A DNA stretch of 64,000 bases, taken from positions 46,070 through 110,069 of the forward strand of contig JAHLKX010000008.1 in the NCBI GenBank assembly GCA_020444515.1, read 5' to 3'. The notes under the pieces are model-generated. The model worked only from the letters and a program-made list of their open reading frames with translations. It had not been told where the DNA came from and did not search any database. The position numbers and the translations under genes are program-made. The DNA comes from Bacteroidota bacterium. GTDB lineage: Bacteria > Bacteroidota > Bacteroidia > Bacteroidales > JAADJA01. This document shows positions 20,092-34,233 of the stretch, piece by piece; within the stretch, counting starts at the first letter, position 1; the number at the start of each line of letters is the position of its first letter.

Positions 20092-20763
20092 ATGCAAAAG
20101 TCGATCGCTGTTATTTCCGTCATGCTATTACTTATAAGCACCTCACTTATTGGCCAGAATAAAAGTACCAAAGAGGTTGCCAAAACGGATTTCAATAGCA
20201 GATCAATCCTTCCTGAAAAATCATTTGACTTCATAACCCAATACGGAATCAACGTTGACGAGTTGGAGATTTATACCACCCTCGAAGATGTGCATATCCG
20301 AAATAAACCTGATTTCAATGGTGGGACCTATGATATCATGATTCCCGAGGGGACCCATGTGGAAGTTTTTAAGTACCTCTCCAAACAGGCCTTTTATATT
20401 GTGCGATACGAAGAAGTATGGGGCTTTATTCCCTCCACCACCATTATCAAAAACAATAGCCAGAAACACCGGCTTCATGTAAGTGAAGTGGATCGCCAAC
20501 CACAACTGATTTCAAACCTCGAGGTCACTTATCCAAATGATGCATCCTTGAAAAGCATTGAAGGAACGGTTGTATTAAAAATAGACATCAGCAAAACTGG
20601 AGCGGTTACCAATGCTGTTGTAGAACAAAGCGTTCCGGGGCTGGATGAACATGCCATTGAAATTGTGAAAGACCTCAAATTTAAACCTGCATTGAAAAAC
20701 GGAAAACCTGTTGAGGTATTCCAGAACTTCCCGGTCGATTTCAAACATCGCCAAACAGATTAA
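20092..20763 (+). CDS. TonB C-terminal domain protein with an N-terminal SH3b-like domain
   Basis: Signal peptide; SH3b-like 'VHIRNKP...IPEGTHVEV...YIVRY..VWGFI'; TonB_C 'YP..A....IEGTV...GLDEHA....FKPA..NGKPV'. Confidence 0.75.
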   Translation: MQKSIAVISVMLLLISTSLIGQNKSTKEVAKTDFNSRSILPEKSFDFITQYGINVDELEIYTTLEDVHIRNKPDFNGGTYDIMIPEGTHVEVFKYLSKQAFYIVRYEEVWGFIPSTTIIKNNSQKHRLHVSEVDRQPQLISNLEVTYPNDASLKSIEGTVVLKIDISKTGAVTNAVVEQSVPGLDEHAIEIVKDLKFKPALKNGKPVEVFQNFPVDFKHRQTD

Positions 20764-20875
20764 AACCTCCGATTATTTCAATCTCTTCGTGAATTCATAA
20801 TTTTCAAAAAGAAAATTGTGGGATTTTAAATTTATATTTGTGCTTCAATTTGAAGTTTAACGATAATCGGCAACA

Positions 20876-22339
20876 ATGAACGAAGAATTATTGAAATTAG
20901 AACCCCGCAGACTTTGGTATTATTTTACTGAAATTCTGAAAATTCCACGTCCCTCAAAAAAAGAGGAAAAAATCATTAACTATTTACTCCGATTTGGCAA
21001 AGATCATCAGCTTGAAACATTACAGGATGAAATAGGCAATGTTTTAATCAGGAAATCAGCGACACCTGGTATGGAAAACCGGAAAATGGTAGTCCTGCAA
21101 AGCCATGTTGATATGGTTTGTGAAAAAAACAGTGATGTTGATTTCGATTTTGACAACGATCCTATTCAATCTCGCATTGAAGATGGCTGGGTTAAAGCAT
21201 CAGGAACCACACTGGGAGCCGATGATGGTATTGGTATTGCTGCCCAATTAGCCATTCTGGAAGCAAAAGATATAGAACATGGTCCTATTGAATGTTTATT
21301 CACCATTGATGAGGAAACCGGATTAACCGGTGCTTTTGGCTTAAAACCAGGCTTTTTAAAAGGTAAGATATTGCTCAACCTTGATTCGGAAGATGATGGT
21401 GAACTGTTCATTGGTTGTGCCGGAGGAATTGATACCGTGGCCAGCTTCATGCTTCAGAAAGCAGATGTTCCTGATGACCATGAACACTTTAGACTTCATG
21501 TTAAAGGATTGCTGGGAGGACATTCCGGGGATGATATTTCCAAAGGCCGCGGAAATGCTAATAAAATACTTAATCGAATGCTTTGGCATGGAATGAATCA
21601 ATGGGAACTTAAAATTGCCTATATTGATGCTGGGAATCTCAGAAATGCCATTGCTCGTGAAGCTTTTGCAATTGTATCCATGCCATCGGAAGATATTGAA
21701 AATTTCAAACAATATATTAAAGAATTCACTAAGCATGTAAAAGCCGAATTCAAGATTACTGAACCGGATTTAAGCATTGCATTAGAATCAACAGATAAAC
21801 CAGATTTTTTGCTGGATAAGACATTGCAATACAAACTGATCAATGCGATTTATGCGTGTCCACATGGAGTGATCGCCTGGTCAGCGGAAATACCCAATTT
21901 TGTTGAAACTTCCACGAACCTTGCTTCCATTAAATTTGAAAAAGACCGGATCCTTGTGACCACCAGTCAGCGCAGTTCGGTTGAATCAGCCAAACGGGAT
22001 ATCGCAAATATGGTCGCCAGTGTTTTTAATCTGGCCGAAGCCGAAGTAAAGCATTCAGATGGTTATCCCGGCTGGACGCCCAATCCGCACTCCGAAATTG
22101 TTGAAATAACACGACAGGAATATACCCGTTTGTTCAACGAAGATCCTAAAGTTTTGGCAATCCATGCTGGCTTGGAATGTGGTTTGATCGGAGATGTATA
22201 TCCGGAGATGGATATGATCAGTTATGGCCCTACTATTAAAGGCGCACACTCACCAGATGAAAGATTAAAAATCGATACGGTTGACAAATTCTGGAAATTA
22301 ACACTTGAAGTACTGAAAAAGATTCCAGCAGTAAATTAG
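20876..22339 (+). CDS. pepD: Aminoacyl-histidine (cytosol non-specific) dipeptidase, M20C
   Basis: 'LQSHVDMVCEKN', 'TTLGADDGIG', 'DEETGL', 'NLDSE', 'GGHSG', 'IHAGLECG', 'HSPDE'. Confidence 0.95.
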   Translation: MNEELLKLEPRRLWYYFTEILKIPRPSKKEEKIINYLLRFGKDHQLETLQDEIGNVLIRKSATPGMENRKMVVLQSHVDMVCEKNSDVDFDFDNDPIQSRIEDGWVKASGTTLGADDGIGIAAQLAILEAKDIEHGPIECLFTIDEETGLTGAFGLKPGFLKGKILLNLDSEDDGELFIGCAGGIDTVASFMLQKADVPDDHEHFRLHVKGLLGGHSGDDISKGRGNANKILNRMLWHGMNQWELKIAYIDAGNLRNAIAREAFAIVSMPSEDIENFKQYIKEFTKHVKAEFKITEPDLSIALESTDKPDFLLDKTLQYKLINAIYACPHGVIAWSAEIPNFVETSTNLASIKFEKDRILVTTSQRSSVESAKRDIANMVASVFNLAEAEVKHSDGYPGWTPNPHSEIVEITRQEYTRLFNEDPKVLAIHAGLECGLIGDVYPEMDMISYGPTIKGAHSPDERLKIDTVDKFWKLTLEVLKKIPAVN

Positions 22340-22989
22340 AATCCGGCTGCGAAACCTATTCGGATCCTGGGATTAGAATAAGGAGAGTACAATTCTTCGT
22401 TGAAATCCCATAAAACTTCTATGTACATATAACTTCTTCCTCCTACTGGCTGACTTAAACCTCCCCCGAGGAAAACTCCCGTGAGGTTAATGCGTTCATT
22501 CTCCTCAACATATTGATTCCCAAAAGGATCAAAAATATTGCCATTGGGATTAAAACGATACTTATTTACAAAGGTAAGGGGTTCTATTTCACCATGGAGA
22601 AAGATATTCTCGATCACGGGTATTTCTGTTTTCGTCAGAAAATAGCGCATCCAAACACTCCCGCCATAAATGTTGGTTCTTAAATCCGACAGGGCACCAT
22701 TGTCAATATTGTAATAATAATCCTTATAACGATAAAATTTATAAGTTACTCCGATCCCTGCAATCAAGTCATCCGTAACAGAATAGCCAACAATGGGAGA
22801 TATGTCCACCAATGAGGAGTAGGAGCCAAAACTGAGTCCAAGAGCACCTCCAAAAGTTAAACGCTCGGTGAAGGACTTTTTTGGTTTTTCTATTGGTTTG
22901 GTATTTTGGGCACTTATACTATTTATATGTAGGGTCGATAAAAGTATGGTGATTCCATAAAAAACAATGATCCTCTTTTTCAATTTCAT
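22336..22989 (-). CDS. Hypothetical outer-membrane beta-barrel protein
   Basis: Signal peptide, 'FGGALGLSFG', alternating strands, terminal GF. Confidence 0.65.
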   Translation of the reverse strand: MKLKKRIIVFYGITILLSTLHINSISAQNTKPIEKPKKSFTERLTFGGALGLSFGSYSSLVDISPIVGYSVTDDLIAGIGVTYKFYRYKDYYYNIDNGALSDLRTNIYGGSVWMRYFLTKTEIPVIENIFLHGEIEPLTFVNKYRFNPNGNIFDPFGNQYVEENERINLTGVFLGGGLSQPVGGRSYMYIEVLWDFNEELYSPYSNPRIRIGFAAGF

Positions 22990-23140
22990 AGGTACAAAAT
23001 TAGCTATTTAATAGAACAAAATTGACGCAAAAAAATTATTTAATTCAATTATTTTAATTTATAAGTATTCATTTTCAAACACTTAATTATTAATTAAAAA
23101 AAAATAAAATAATTGCTTGTTTTTTAAAAATATTAATCTC

Positions 23141-23360
23141 TATCTTTGCACCCGCTTTTAACAAATAGTTCTTTAAAAAATCTGAAACAAAAATGTGGCT
23201 GGGAGAATTAAAATGTTTATCTTTGCAGTCCATTTTTCCGGCATTAAAAAATTATTTAAAAATATTTTTAAAAAAAGTTGTCGGATAAAAAAAAGGTTGT
23301 AATTTTGCAGCCCGTTTCTGAAAAATAAAACAGAACGAAACAACATAGTTCTTTGAAAAA
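23141..23360 (+). promoter_or_regulatory. rrn promoter region: three tandem -7 elements and two boxA-like sites
   Basis: TATCTTTG (23141-23148), TATCTTTG (23218-23225) and TAATTTTG (23300-23307), each followed by CA; TAGTTCTTT at 23166 and 23346. Confidence 0.75.
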
Positions 23361-23447
23361 ACTGAAGTAAAAAGCCTAGTAGCAAATATCCATTCCTGGA
23401 AATTTCCGGAATGAGAAGTAGATCTTGAGACATTTAAATTTTTAATT

Positions 23448-24971
<1,524 letters not shown>

Positions 24972-25156
24972 AGAGCATCTACTTATGATCCTGATATTCA
25001 ATATTAGGATTGATATTTGCTACAAGCTTTTACTTCTTTTTTATATATTATCCCAAACGAGTACAAGTGAGGGCTCTTCCTTGGAGTTGATGGTTTATCC
25101 ATAATCTCTTAAAAGAGCTTCGGGCATGAAGGGAAGAACCTATCAACACGGAATTT

Positions 25157-25230
25157 AGTCCCGTAGCTCAGTTGGTTAGAGCACTACACTGATAATGTAG
25201 GGGTCCGCAGTTCAAGTCTGCGCGGGACTA
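25157..25230 (+). tRNA. tRNA-Ile (GAT)
   Basis: AGTCCCG...CGGGACT acceptor stem, CTGATAA anticodon loop, GTTCAAGT T-loop; in the ITS. Confidence 0.97.
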
Positions 25231-25240
25231 CTAGCTCTTT

Positions 25241-25314
25241 GGGGAATTAGCTCAGCTGGCTAGAGCACCTGCCTTGCACGCAGGGGGTCATCGGTTCGAA
25301 TCCGATATTCTCCA
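25241..25314 (+). tRNA. tRNA-Ala (TGC)
   Basis: GGGGAAT...ATTCTCC acceptor with G3:U70, TTGCA anticodon loop, GTTCGAATC T-loop. Confidence 0.97.
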
Positions 25315-25416
25315 CAAACTCTCACTGTTTTAAGAGAGGTCCTTTACGGGATAAGTTCTTTGACATATTGAAAGAAAATACAGCGAAATATTTAAGAATC
25401 ACAATAAGATATAACA

Positions 25417-28327
<2,911 letters not shown>

Positions 28328-28435
28328 TGTCATGCTTTTTTTGATTCTTATCTGGATTTCTGTATTTTCTTTCATATATATGTCATTTAAGGTATTGATT
28401 CACCTTTGTCATTGACTTCGGTGAACGAAAGATTT

Positions 28436-28546
<111 letters not shown>

Positions 28547-28550
28547 TTTT

Positions 28551-28585
28551 AACCCTGAAGTTTAACAACTTCAGGGTTTTTTTTT
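28551..28585 (+). terminator. rrn operon terminator
   Basis: AACCCTGAAGT...ACTTCAGGGTT followed by a long T run. Confidence 0.9.
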
Positions 28586-28630
28586 GCCTTCTTTTTATTA
28601 CTATTTTTGACAAAATTTCGTTACTAGCTG

Positions 28631-30523
28631 ATGAATAGGAGTCTTATCGCTTTTTTTACGTTTGTATTGTTCAACCTGCAATGGGGTTGGACCTTTCCCC
28701 TTCAAGCTCAGGATTCAACCATCAGTGCCCCTGATTCTGCTAAAGTCTATTTCTTCCTGAATAAATTTGAAACACAGGGGCCCGAGTTCCTCACCCTGAT
28801 CGACACCAATATAACCCATGTTCAAAAGTATGATCCTGTTGATAAACCTGGTAAGTACTACGCTACATTGGGAAACCAGGGACTGGCACATACCAGTCTT
28901 GTATATAATCCTATCATTCATAGTGGTTATAACTTTGGACTTGATGCGTTTAGAGAATATATGTTCTATAATGATAGTATTAAGTATTATTGGGTAGGCC
29001 GTCCATATACTCATGTAAAATACATCATGGGTAGTAAAAAAGAACAAAACCTCCATATAGATCATTCGCAAAACGTGGCATCCTGGTTTAATGTGGGCTT
29101 GCGCTTCAGGTATATCAATTCTCCGGGATTTTACAGGAACCAGGAAGGTGACGATAAAAACTTCGTTTTTAAAACCAGGTTTCAAACCCGCAATTATCGC
29201 TATATGGTTCTCGCCAATTATATTCATAACAAATTAAAGATTGAAGAAAACGGAGGGATTGTTTTTGATACGGTATTTGAGCAGAATGTAATAACAGATA
29301 GAAGAGGGATTATTACACATCTATCAACCGCATCAAATTATATAAAAGAAAATAGTTATTATGTAAAGCAATTTTATAAATTATCCAAAAGAAAGCGGTT
29401 TGATGCAGATGACACAACCCGCTATTCAGGCTTTTTCAATCAATTGAACCTGGGGAATATTTCCCATTCTATTCAGTTAATTGATCAAACCTACCTTTAC
29501 CAGCAAACAACCCAGGATAACAACGGCTTTTATCCTGCTACCTTTGATTCGATCAATCCGACTTACGATTCTACAAGAATATATCGTATCGAGAATCAAC
29601 TGGCATGGACCAATTCGGACAACGCAAAAAGGCAACTTCTAACTTTTAATTTCATGGTTCGGTATCTTTACATCGAACAATCCATTGATTCCATCAAGTC
29701 TGTCTACAACCAGTTGATTCCCACAGGTGAAGTTAATTTTACCGTTTCTGATATACTCAAACTTTATTTTTTTGCTGATTTTGTTACAGGCAATAGCAAT
29801 GCTGGTGATTTTAACCTTTTGGGTCGCCTGCGTCTTCATACCAGGTTAGGAGAACTATTCTATACGTTTCATACAGCTAATCAGGAAGTCAATAAAATAT
29901 ATAATTTCTACAAATCCAATCACTTTAGGTGGATCAATAATTTTGGCAAGCAATACTTCATTATCAATCGTATCGGATACCAATATAATAATTTGAAAGC
30001 CGGTGTTAATTTATTCGCCATTGATAATTTTGTGTATTTTAACCCTGAGGCACAACCAGCACAATTGGATAAAAATCTTCAAATTTTGCAGCTTCACCTC
30101 GGAAAGGCATTTAACCTGGGAAACTGGACACTTGAAGGACAGGCATATTATCAGAAAGCCTCTGATCTAGATGGTATCCGCCTGCCAGAATGGACTGCCG
30201 AGGCTGCCCTTTACTACACGAAAGATCTATTTAAACAGGCTGCCATCCTTCAAACAGGAACGAATGTGTTTTATAATACTCCTTATCAGGCCTATGCCTA
30301 TATGCCGGCAACGAGGGCATTTTATATTCAGAACGAAAAAGAATTGGGTAATTATTTTTATGCCAATGTTTTTATTAATCTGCAAATAAAAAGAGCCCGA
30401 TTGTTTTTAAAATACTATAACCTGGGCTCCGCATTTGGGGATTACAACTATTTTATGGTCCCTTCTTATCCCATGAAAGATGGAGGATTCCGTTTTGGTG
30501 TTTCCTGGATGTTTTACGATTGA
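28631..30523 (+). CDS. Bacteroidota putative porin (large beta-barrel)
   Basis: Signal peptide, 'LGNQG', 'HSQN', Tyr/Phe-rich strands, 'Y.A.AYMPA...FY.Q', C-terminal 'FRFGVSWMFYD'. Confidence 0.8.
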   Translation: MNRSLIAFFTFVLFNLQWGWTFPLQAQDSTISAPDSAKVYFFLNKFETQGPEFLTLIDTNITHVQKYDPVDKPGKYYATLGNQGLAHTSLVYNPIIHSGYNFGLDAFREYMFYNDSIKYYWVGRPYTHVKYIMGSKKEQNLHIDHSQNVASWFNVGLRFRYINSPGFYRNQEGDDKNFVFKTRFQTRNYRYMVLANYIHNKLKIEENGGIVFDTVFEQNVITDRRGIITHLSTASNYIKENSYYVKQFYKLSKRKRFDADDTTRYSGFFNQLNLGNISHSIQLIDQTYLYQQTTQDNNGFYPATFDSINPTYDSTRIYRIENQLAWTNSDNAKRQLLTFNFMVRYLYIEQSIDSIKSVYNQLIPTGEVNFTVSDILKLYFFADFVTGNSNAGDFNLLGRLRLHTRLGELFYTFHTANQEVNKIYNFYKSNHFRWINNFGKQYFIINRIGYQYNNLKAGVNLFAIDNFVYFNPEAQPAQLDKNLQILQLHLGKAFNLGNWTLEGQAYYQKASDLDGIRLPEWTAEAALYYTKDLFKQAAILQTGTNVFYNTPYQAYAYMPATRAFYIQNEKELGNYFYANVFINLQIKRARLFLKYYNLGSAFGDYNYFMVPSYPMKDGGFRFGVSWMFYD

Positions 30524-30557
30524 TCCTTCCAAGAACCAGGAACTTCACAAAATTTGT

Positions 30558-30800
30558 TTATGCTGATTCAAGATAATACCTATATCCGGCATTATAAAGA
30601 TTCTCATAAAAAAAACTTCCTTTTGACTCGGCCGAATCAAATTTAGCCATCAGTTCATTGGGAATATCTTTAAAATATCCCGTTAATCCATCATTGAATC
30701 CGATTTTAAGCTCCCTTGAGTCTTCGTCATATTCAATAAAACAGATAATTTTGGAAGTAACATACCGCCTGTTAGCCCGTTGCTTAAATGTAAAACTCAT
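30558..30800 (-). CDS. KTSC domain protein
   Basis: 'V.SKII..I.YD...RELKI.F.DG...Y..DIP......F..AESKGSFF.EN' matches the KTSC pattern. Confidence 0.85.
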   Translation of the reverse strand: MSFTFKQRANRRYVTSKIICFIEYDEDSRELKIGFNDGLTGYFKDIPNELMAKFDSAESKGSFFYENLYNAGYRYYLESA

Positions 30801-31022
30801 ATTTCACTCCGATTTTGTTAATACTAAACCTCCCCTTATTGGGGAAATTAAATTCATAATTCGTTTGCGGGCTTTAAAACCTACCCCTAAATCCAGAAGG
30901 TTTTTAAATTGCATTATCTGCAATTGATTTCGGTATACGACATTTGTATAATTTTGTTTACATTATTCCACAACTCACTGATAATGTGAATATAAAAAAG
31001 GCCAGGCAATCCTTCTTACAAT

Positions 31023-31051
31023 AAAAAACCTCCACCTGAATCAGGCAGAGG
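31023..31051 (-). terminator. Rho-independent terminator of the TonB-dependent receptor operon
   Basis: Minus strand CCTCTGCCTG-ATT-CAGGTGGAGG-TTTTTT, about 34 bp after the stop at 31085. Confidence 0.75.
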
Positions 31052-31084
31052 CACAACGGTCGCGGAGTCCTTCCTTGAAGTGGT

Positions 31085-31927
31085 TTAGTGTATTCTCAAA
31101 ATTTTATGGGATTTAATGGCTATATTTTGATCATTAACAATGCGCACAAGATAGACACCTAAGGGGATATTGTGAAGATCCAAACAACACTTGCGGTTTG
31201 GGATCGATTTCCGGATCCAAACCTTTCCTGCAAGATCTACCACCTGAACTTGATTGATTTCTGTTTCTGAATCAATGTATAAAAATCTGTTTGTTGGATT
31301 GGGTCCCATTTTAATTTTCAATTCTTTAAGGTTACTTATGGCACTGATCTTTGTTCCCCGAACATAAATTTCATCAATTTTGGATTTACCAGATTCAACG
31401 ACAGGACCACCTGTTCCCGAAGCTTCATTGGAAGTCATCAACCACCGGATCGAAAGATTCGCCTGATCATCACAATTATTGGGTAAAACCAGGTTATCCA
31501 CAAAACTTGTTTCCCAATCATTTTCAACGGTGATTCCTCCGTTTTCAACATCTGTCCATGAAGTACCTTCATCAGTGCTGAATTGTAATTTAAAATCTTT
31601 GGGACCAGGATCATTTCCTCCGGACTGCTGCCGTGAGCTTATGGTAATATTCGCAAATCCTGTTGTATTACAATTGATCATCCATCCTTTTGTATCCATA
31701 CCATTCTCCCAACTACTTGCCTGGGCAGCTTTTGTTGTATATCCATTTTTCAATTCAATGGCCGAGGTACCCCCAAAAGAGACCAATTCCTGGGTTAAGT
31801 TTAAAGACAGACCCGTATCGGCCAGCAGTTCATTTCCTGGGAATGTCCATCCCACGATCATTTCATCTTGCGTAAATGCAAATGAAAACAGGTTGATCAA
31901 AATCAACATCAATGTAAATTTTTTCAT
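31085..31927 (-). CDS. Secreted beta-sandwich protein with T9SS type A CTD
   Basis: Signal peptide, jelly-roll-like core, CTD 'GPNPT...V.DL.GK...L..GVYLV.I...HKI'; overlaps the receptor stop by 4 bp (ATGA). Confidence 0.8.
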   Translation of the reverse strand: MKKFTLMLILINLFSFAFTQDEMIVGWTFPGNELLADTGLSLNLTQELVSFGGTSAIELKNGYTTKAAQASSWENGMDTKGWMINCNTTGFANITISSRQQSGGNDPGPKDFKLQFSTDEGTSWTDVENGGITVENDWETSFVDNLVLPNNCDDQANLSIRWLMTSNEASGTGGPVVESGKSKIDEIYVRGTKISAISNLKELKIKMGPNPTNRFLYIDSETEINQVQVVDLAGKVWIRKSIPNRKCCLDLHNIPLGVYLVRIVNDQNIAIKSHKILRIH

Positions 31928-34233
31928 ATTTTCTTATTTTTATGAATGGTGTATTTAATTTCGAACATAAGAAACCTACCAGGTGAAAGATAACCTTTTC
32001 GATCAATAAACTGCTCATCGAGTAGGTCCTGTATGTCCAGACTAATGTGCAGATGTTGCAAAAACAGTTTCGATATTTTTAGGTTTACCAATGAATAACT
32101 TTCAATGACCTCCGTATTTTCTTCGTCATACCATTGTTCATCGGTAAAGGTGTAATTGATTTGAAAATTAAAAAAAGGGTTTTGCCATGTGAAACCGGTG
32201 TATAACAAATTTTCAGGTACTTCATTTAAAACTTTTCCTTCAAGATCAGTTGAACCTGGTGAGGTGTATTCCAAAATCTCAGACTGGTTATAAGTATAAC
32301 TTACATCCCATCGAAGGTTTTTGTTAATTCTGTAGTTGACACCCAATTCAGCGCCCGAGACTTCAACCCTGGATACATTTTGACGTTGATATACTGGAAC
32401 GGGATCCTCCGACCCATTATCAATAAAATCGCCTGTTGCAACGAGATACTGAAAATCATGACCCCGTGAATAAAACAGTGAGGGTTTTAGATCAAACTTT
32501 TTCCCAATTGACCCGTCCAAACCCCATTCAAAGCTGGTAATTGATTCGGGAATCAGTTTTGGATTGGCAATTTTAAATCCCCTTCTGATTTTGCGTGAAC
32601 CAGCCAGGTCATCAAGTTTGGGGGGCATAAAACCGGTAGATGCATTCAAATAGATGCGAAATGTCTTGGAAATCCAATAATTTAAACCCAGTTTAGGGCT
32701 AATTTGGTACCATGAATTCTCATCAAAGGATTCATTTAGATCTCCTTGAAATCCTGTTTTGTTTGTGGGATTATTAACTTTAAGAAGACCGTTATAAAAC
32801 TTGGCATAATCAAGACGGATTCCTGCCACAATATTAATTCTATCCTTCCATATTTTGATCTCATCCTGAACAAATAATGCTGAAAAGATTGTATTTCCGC
32901 GTGTTGCGATCTCATCAGTTGAGGTCCGATAGATCTCGGAATTGTCCAGATTACCATTTTTCAAATCAATCCCCGCCGAAAAAAGGTTATTTTTTATGAC
33001 CTGTCCGGAAAAAGTGATCCAAAGCCCCAGATCATTCTTATTTGTCTCAGTATCTACCAGTTTATATTCGGAAGAAGTATTCAGATTTTCGTTCTGGCGA
33101 TAATAGTATTCATTAAAATAAAAGGCCTTTGCGTTGAACTTCAACATGCCGGCCATGCCCTCATAAGCGAGTCTTATATTGTTGTTTGTAAAACCCTCAT
33201 AGCTACCATCTGGTTCATAAACTTTTACACCCGAACCACGTTTATCCTTATAAAACCTGTAATCCAATTCAATCCGAGCATTGTTTGAAAACCTGTATCC
33301 TGCCAATCCATTAAAGTTTCCTTCATAAAGAAATGCATTCACATTGACCGAATCCTTAATCTCACCCGGTTCAAGGATATAACCGTCTCCATGCCTGTAG
33401 AAGCTTCCCAATTTCCAAAAAAACCCCTTGGATTTTTTATAATGATTTTTGCTAAAATTTAACTGGGACTGAAATGTATGGTAGGTTCCATAACTTAAAC
33501 CAGCAAAACCCTGTAAATTTTCCTCAGGTTGTTTCGTAATGATATTGATAACTCCCCCCATGGCATTGTTACCATACAAAGTGCTACCAGGACCTTTAAC
33601 AACCTCTATTCTTTCTATTTCTTCAGGGGTAACCAGGTGCCAGCTCACCGTTCCCCCGGCAGTTTTATTCAGCGGAACACCATCCAGTAAGATAAGGCTT
33701 CGGGCACTTCCGGGCATCCCTCTCATGGTTACACTTGCATTCCTGGAAAAAATACCCCAACTGCGATTCACATTGATACCGGGCACCATACGTAATAGGT
33801 CATCGGTGTTTGTTGCGGGAAAACCTAAAATGGTTTTTTCATCAATGATATTTATACTTTGCGGAAGGTCTTCAGCAGATTGATGGGTTCTGGTAGCCGT
33901 TATTACAATCGAAGCAAATTCTAATGAATCTCGTTCCATGAATATTTCAAGGAGATTATTTTTTAAGGGATATACTGTAAAAGTTGTATCGCGATAGCCT
34001 ATATAACTTACAATGAAAGTAACCGGAGATTCCACATTCTTTATTCCGAAATAACCGGATTGATCCGTTGACATAACACTGTGTAATTCAGGAATCCTGA
34101 TGTGGGCACCTGATAAGGGTTCATGGCTTCTACAATCCATTACCCTTCCATGGATTTCGTTTTGCGCAAAGATATTTTGTGCGATTATCAAAAGTGGCAG
34201 AATGACCAGATATTTTAGATAATGTACGGTCAA
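31924..34233 (-). CDS. TonB-dependent receptor (BtuB/CirA-like, non-SusC) with an N-terminal extension domain
   Basis: Signal peptide, CarboxypepD-like extension, 'IVITATRT', plug 'LRMVPGI...RG...LILLDGVP...IERIEVVKGPGSTLYG.NAMGGVINIIT', C-terminal 'PGRF...I.Y'. TTG start overlaps the upstream stop. Confidence 0.93.
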   Translation of the reverse strand: MTVHYLKYLVILPLLIIAQNIFAQNEIHGRVMDCRSHEPLSGAHIRIPELHSVMSTDQSGYFGIKNVESPVTFIVSYIGYRDTTFTVYPLKNNLLEIFMERDSLEFASIVITATRTHQSAEDLPQSINIIDEKTILGFPATNTDDLLRMVPGINVNRSWGIFSRNASVTMRGMPGSARSLILLDGVPLNKTAGGTVSWHLVTPEEIERIEVVKGPGSTLYGNNAMGGVINIITKQPEENLQGFAGLSYGTYHTFQSQLNFSKNHYKKSKGFFWKLGSFYRHGDGYILEPGEIKDSVNVNAFLYEGNFNGLAGYRFSNNARIELDYRFYKDKRGSGVKVYEPDGSYEGFTNNNIRLAYEGMAGMLKFNAKAFYFNEYYYRQNENLNTSSEYKLVDTETNKNDLGLWITFSGQVIKNNLFSAGIDLKNGNLDNSEIYRTSTDEIATRGNTIFSALFVQDEIKIWKDRINIVAGIRLDYAKFYNGLLKVNNPTNKTGFQGDLNESFDENSWYQISPKLGLNYWISKTFRIYLNASTGFMPPKLDDLAGSRKIRRGFKIANPKLIPESITSFEWGLDGSIGKKFDLKPSLFYSRGHDFQYLVATGDFIDNGSEDPVPVYQRQNVSRVEVSGAELGVNYRINKNLRWDVSYTYNQSEILEYTSPGSTDLEGKVLNEVPENLLYTGFTWQNPFFNFQINYTFTDEQWYDEENTEVIESYSLVNLKISKLFLQHLHISLDIQDLLDEQFIDRKGYLSPGRFLMFEIKYTIHKNKKI

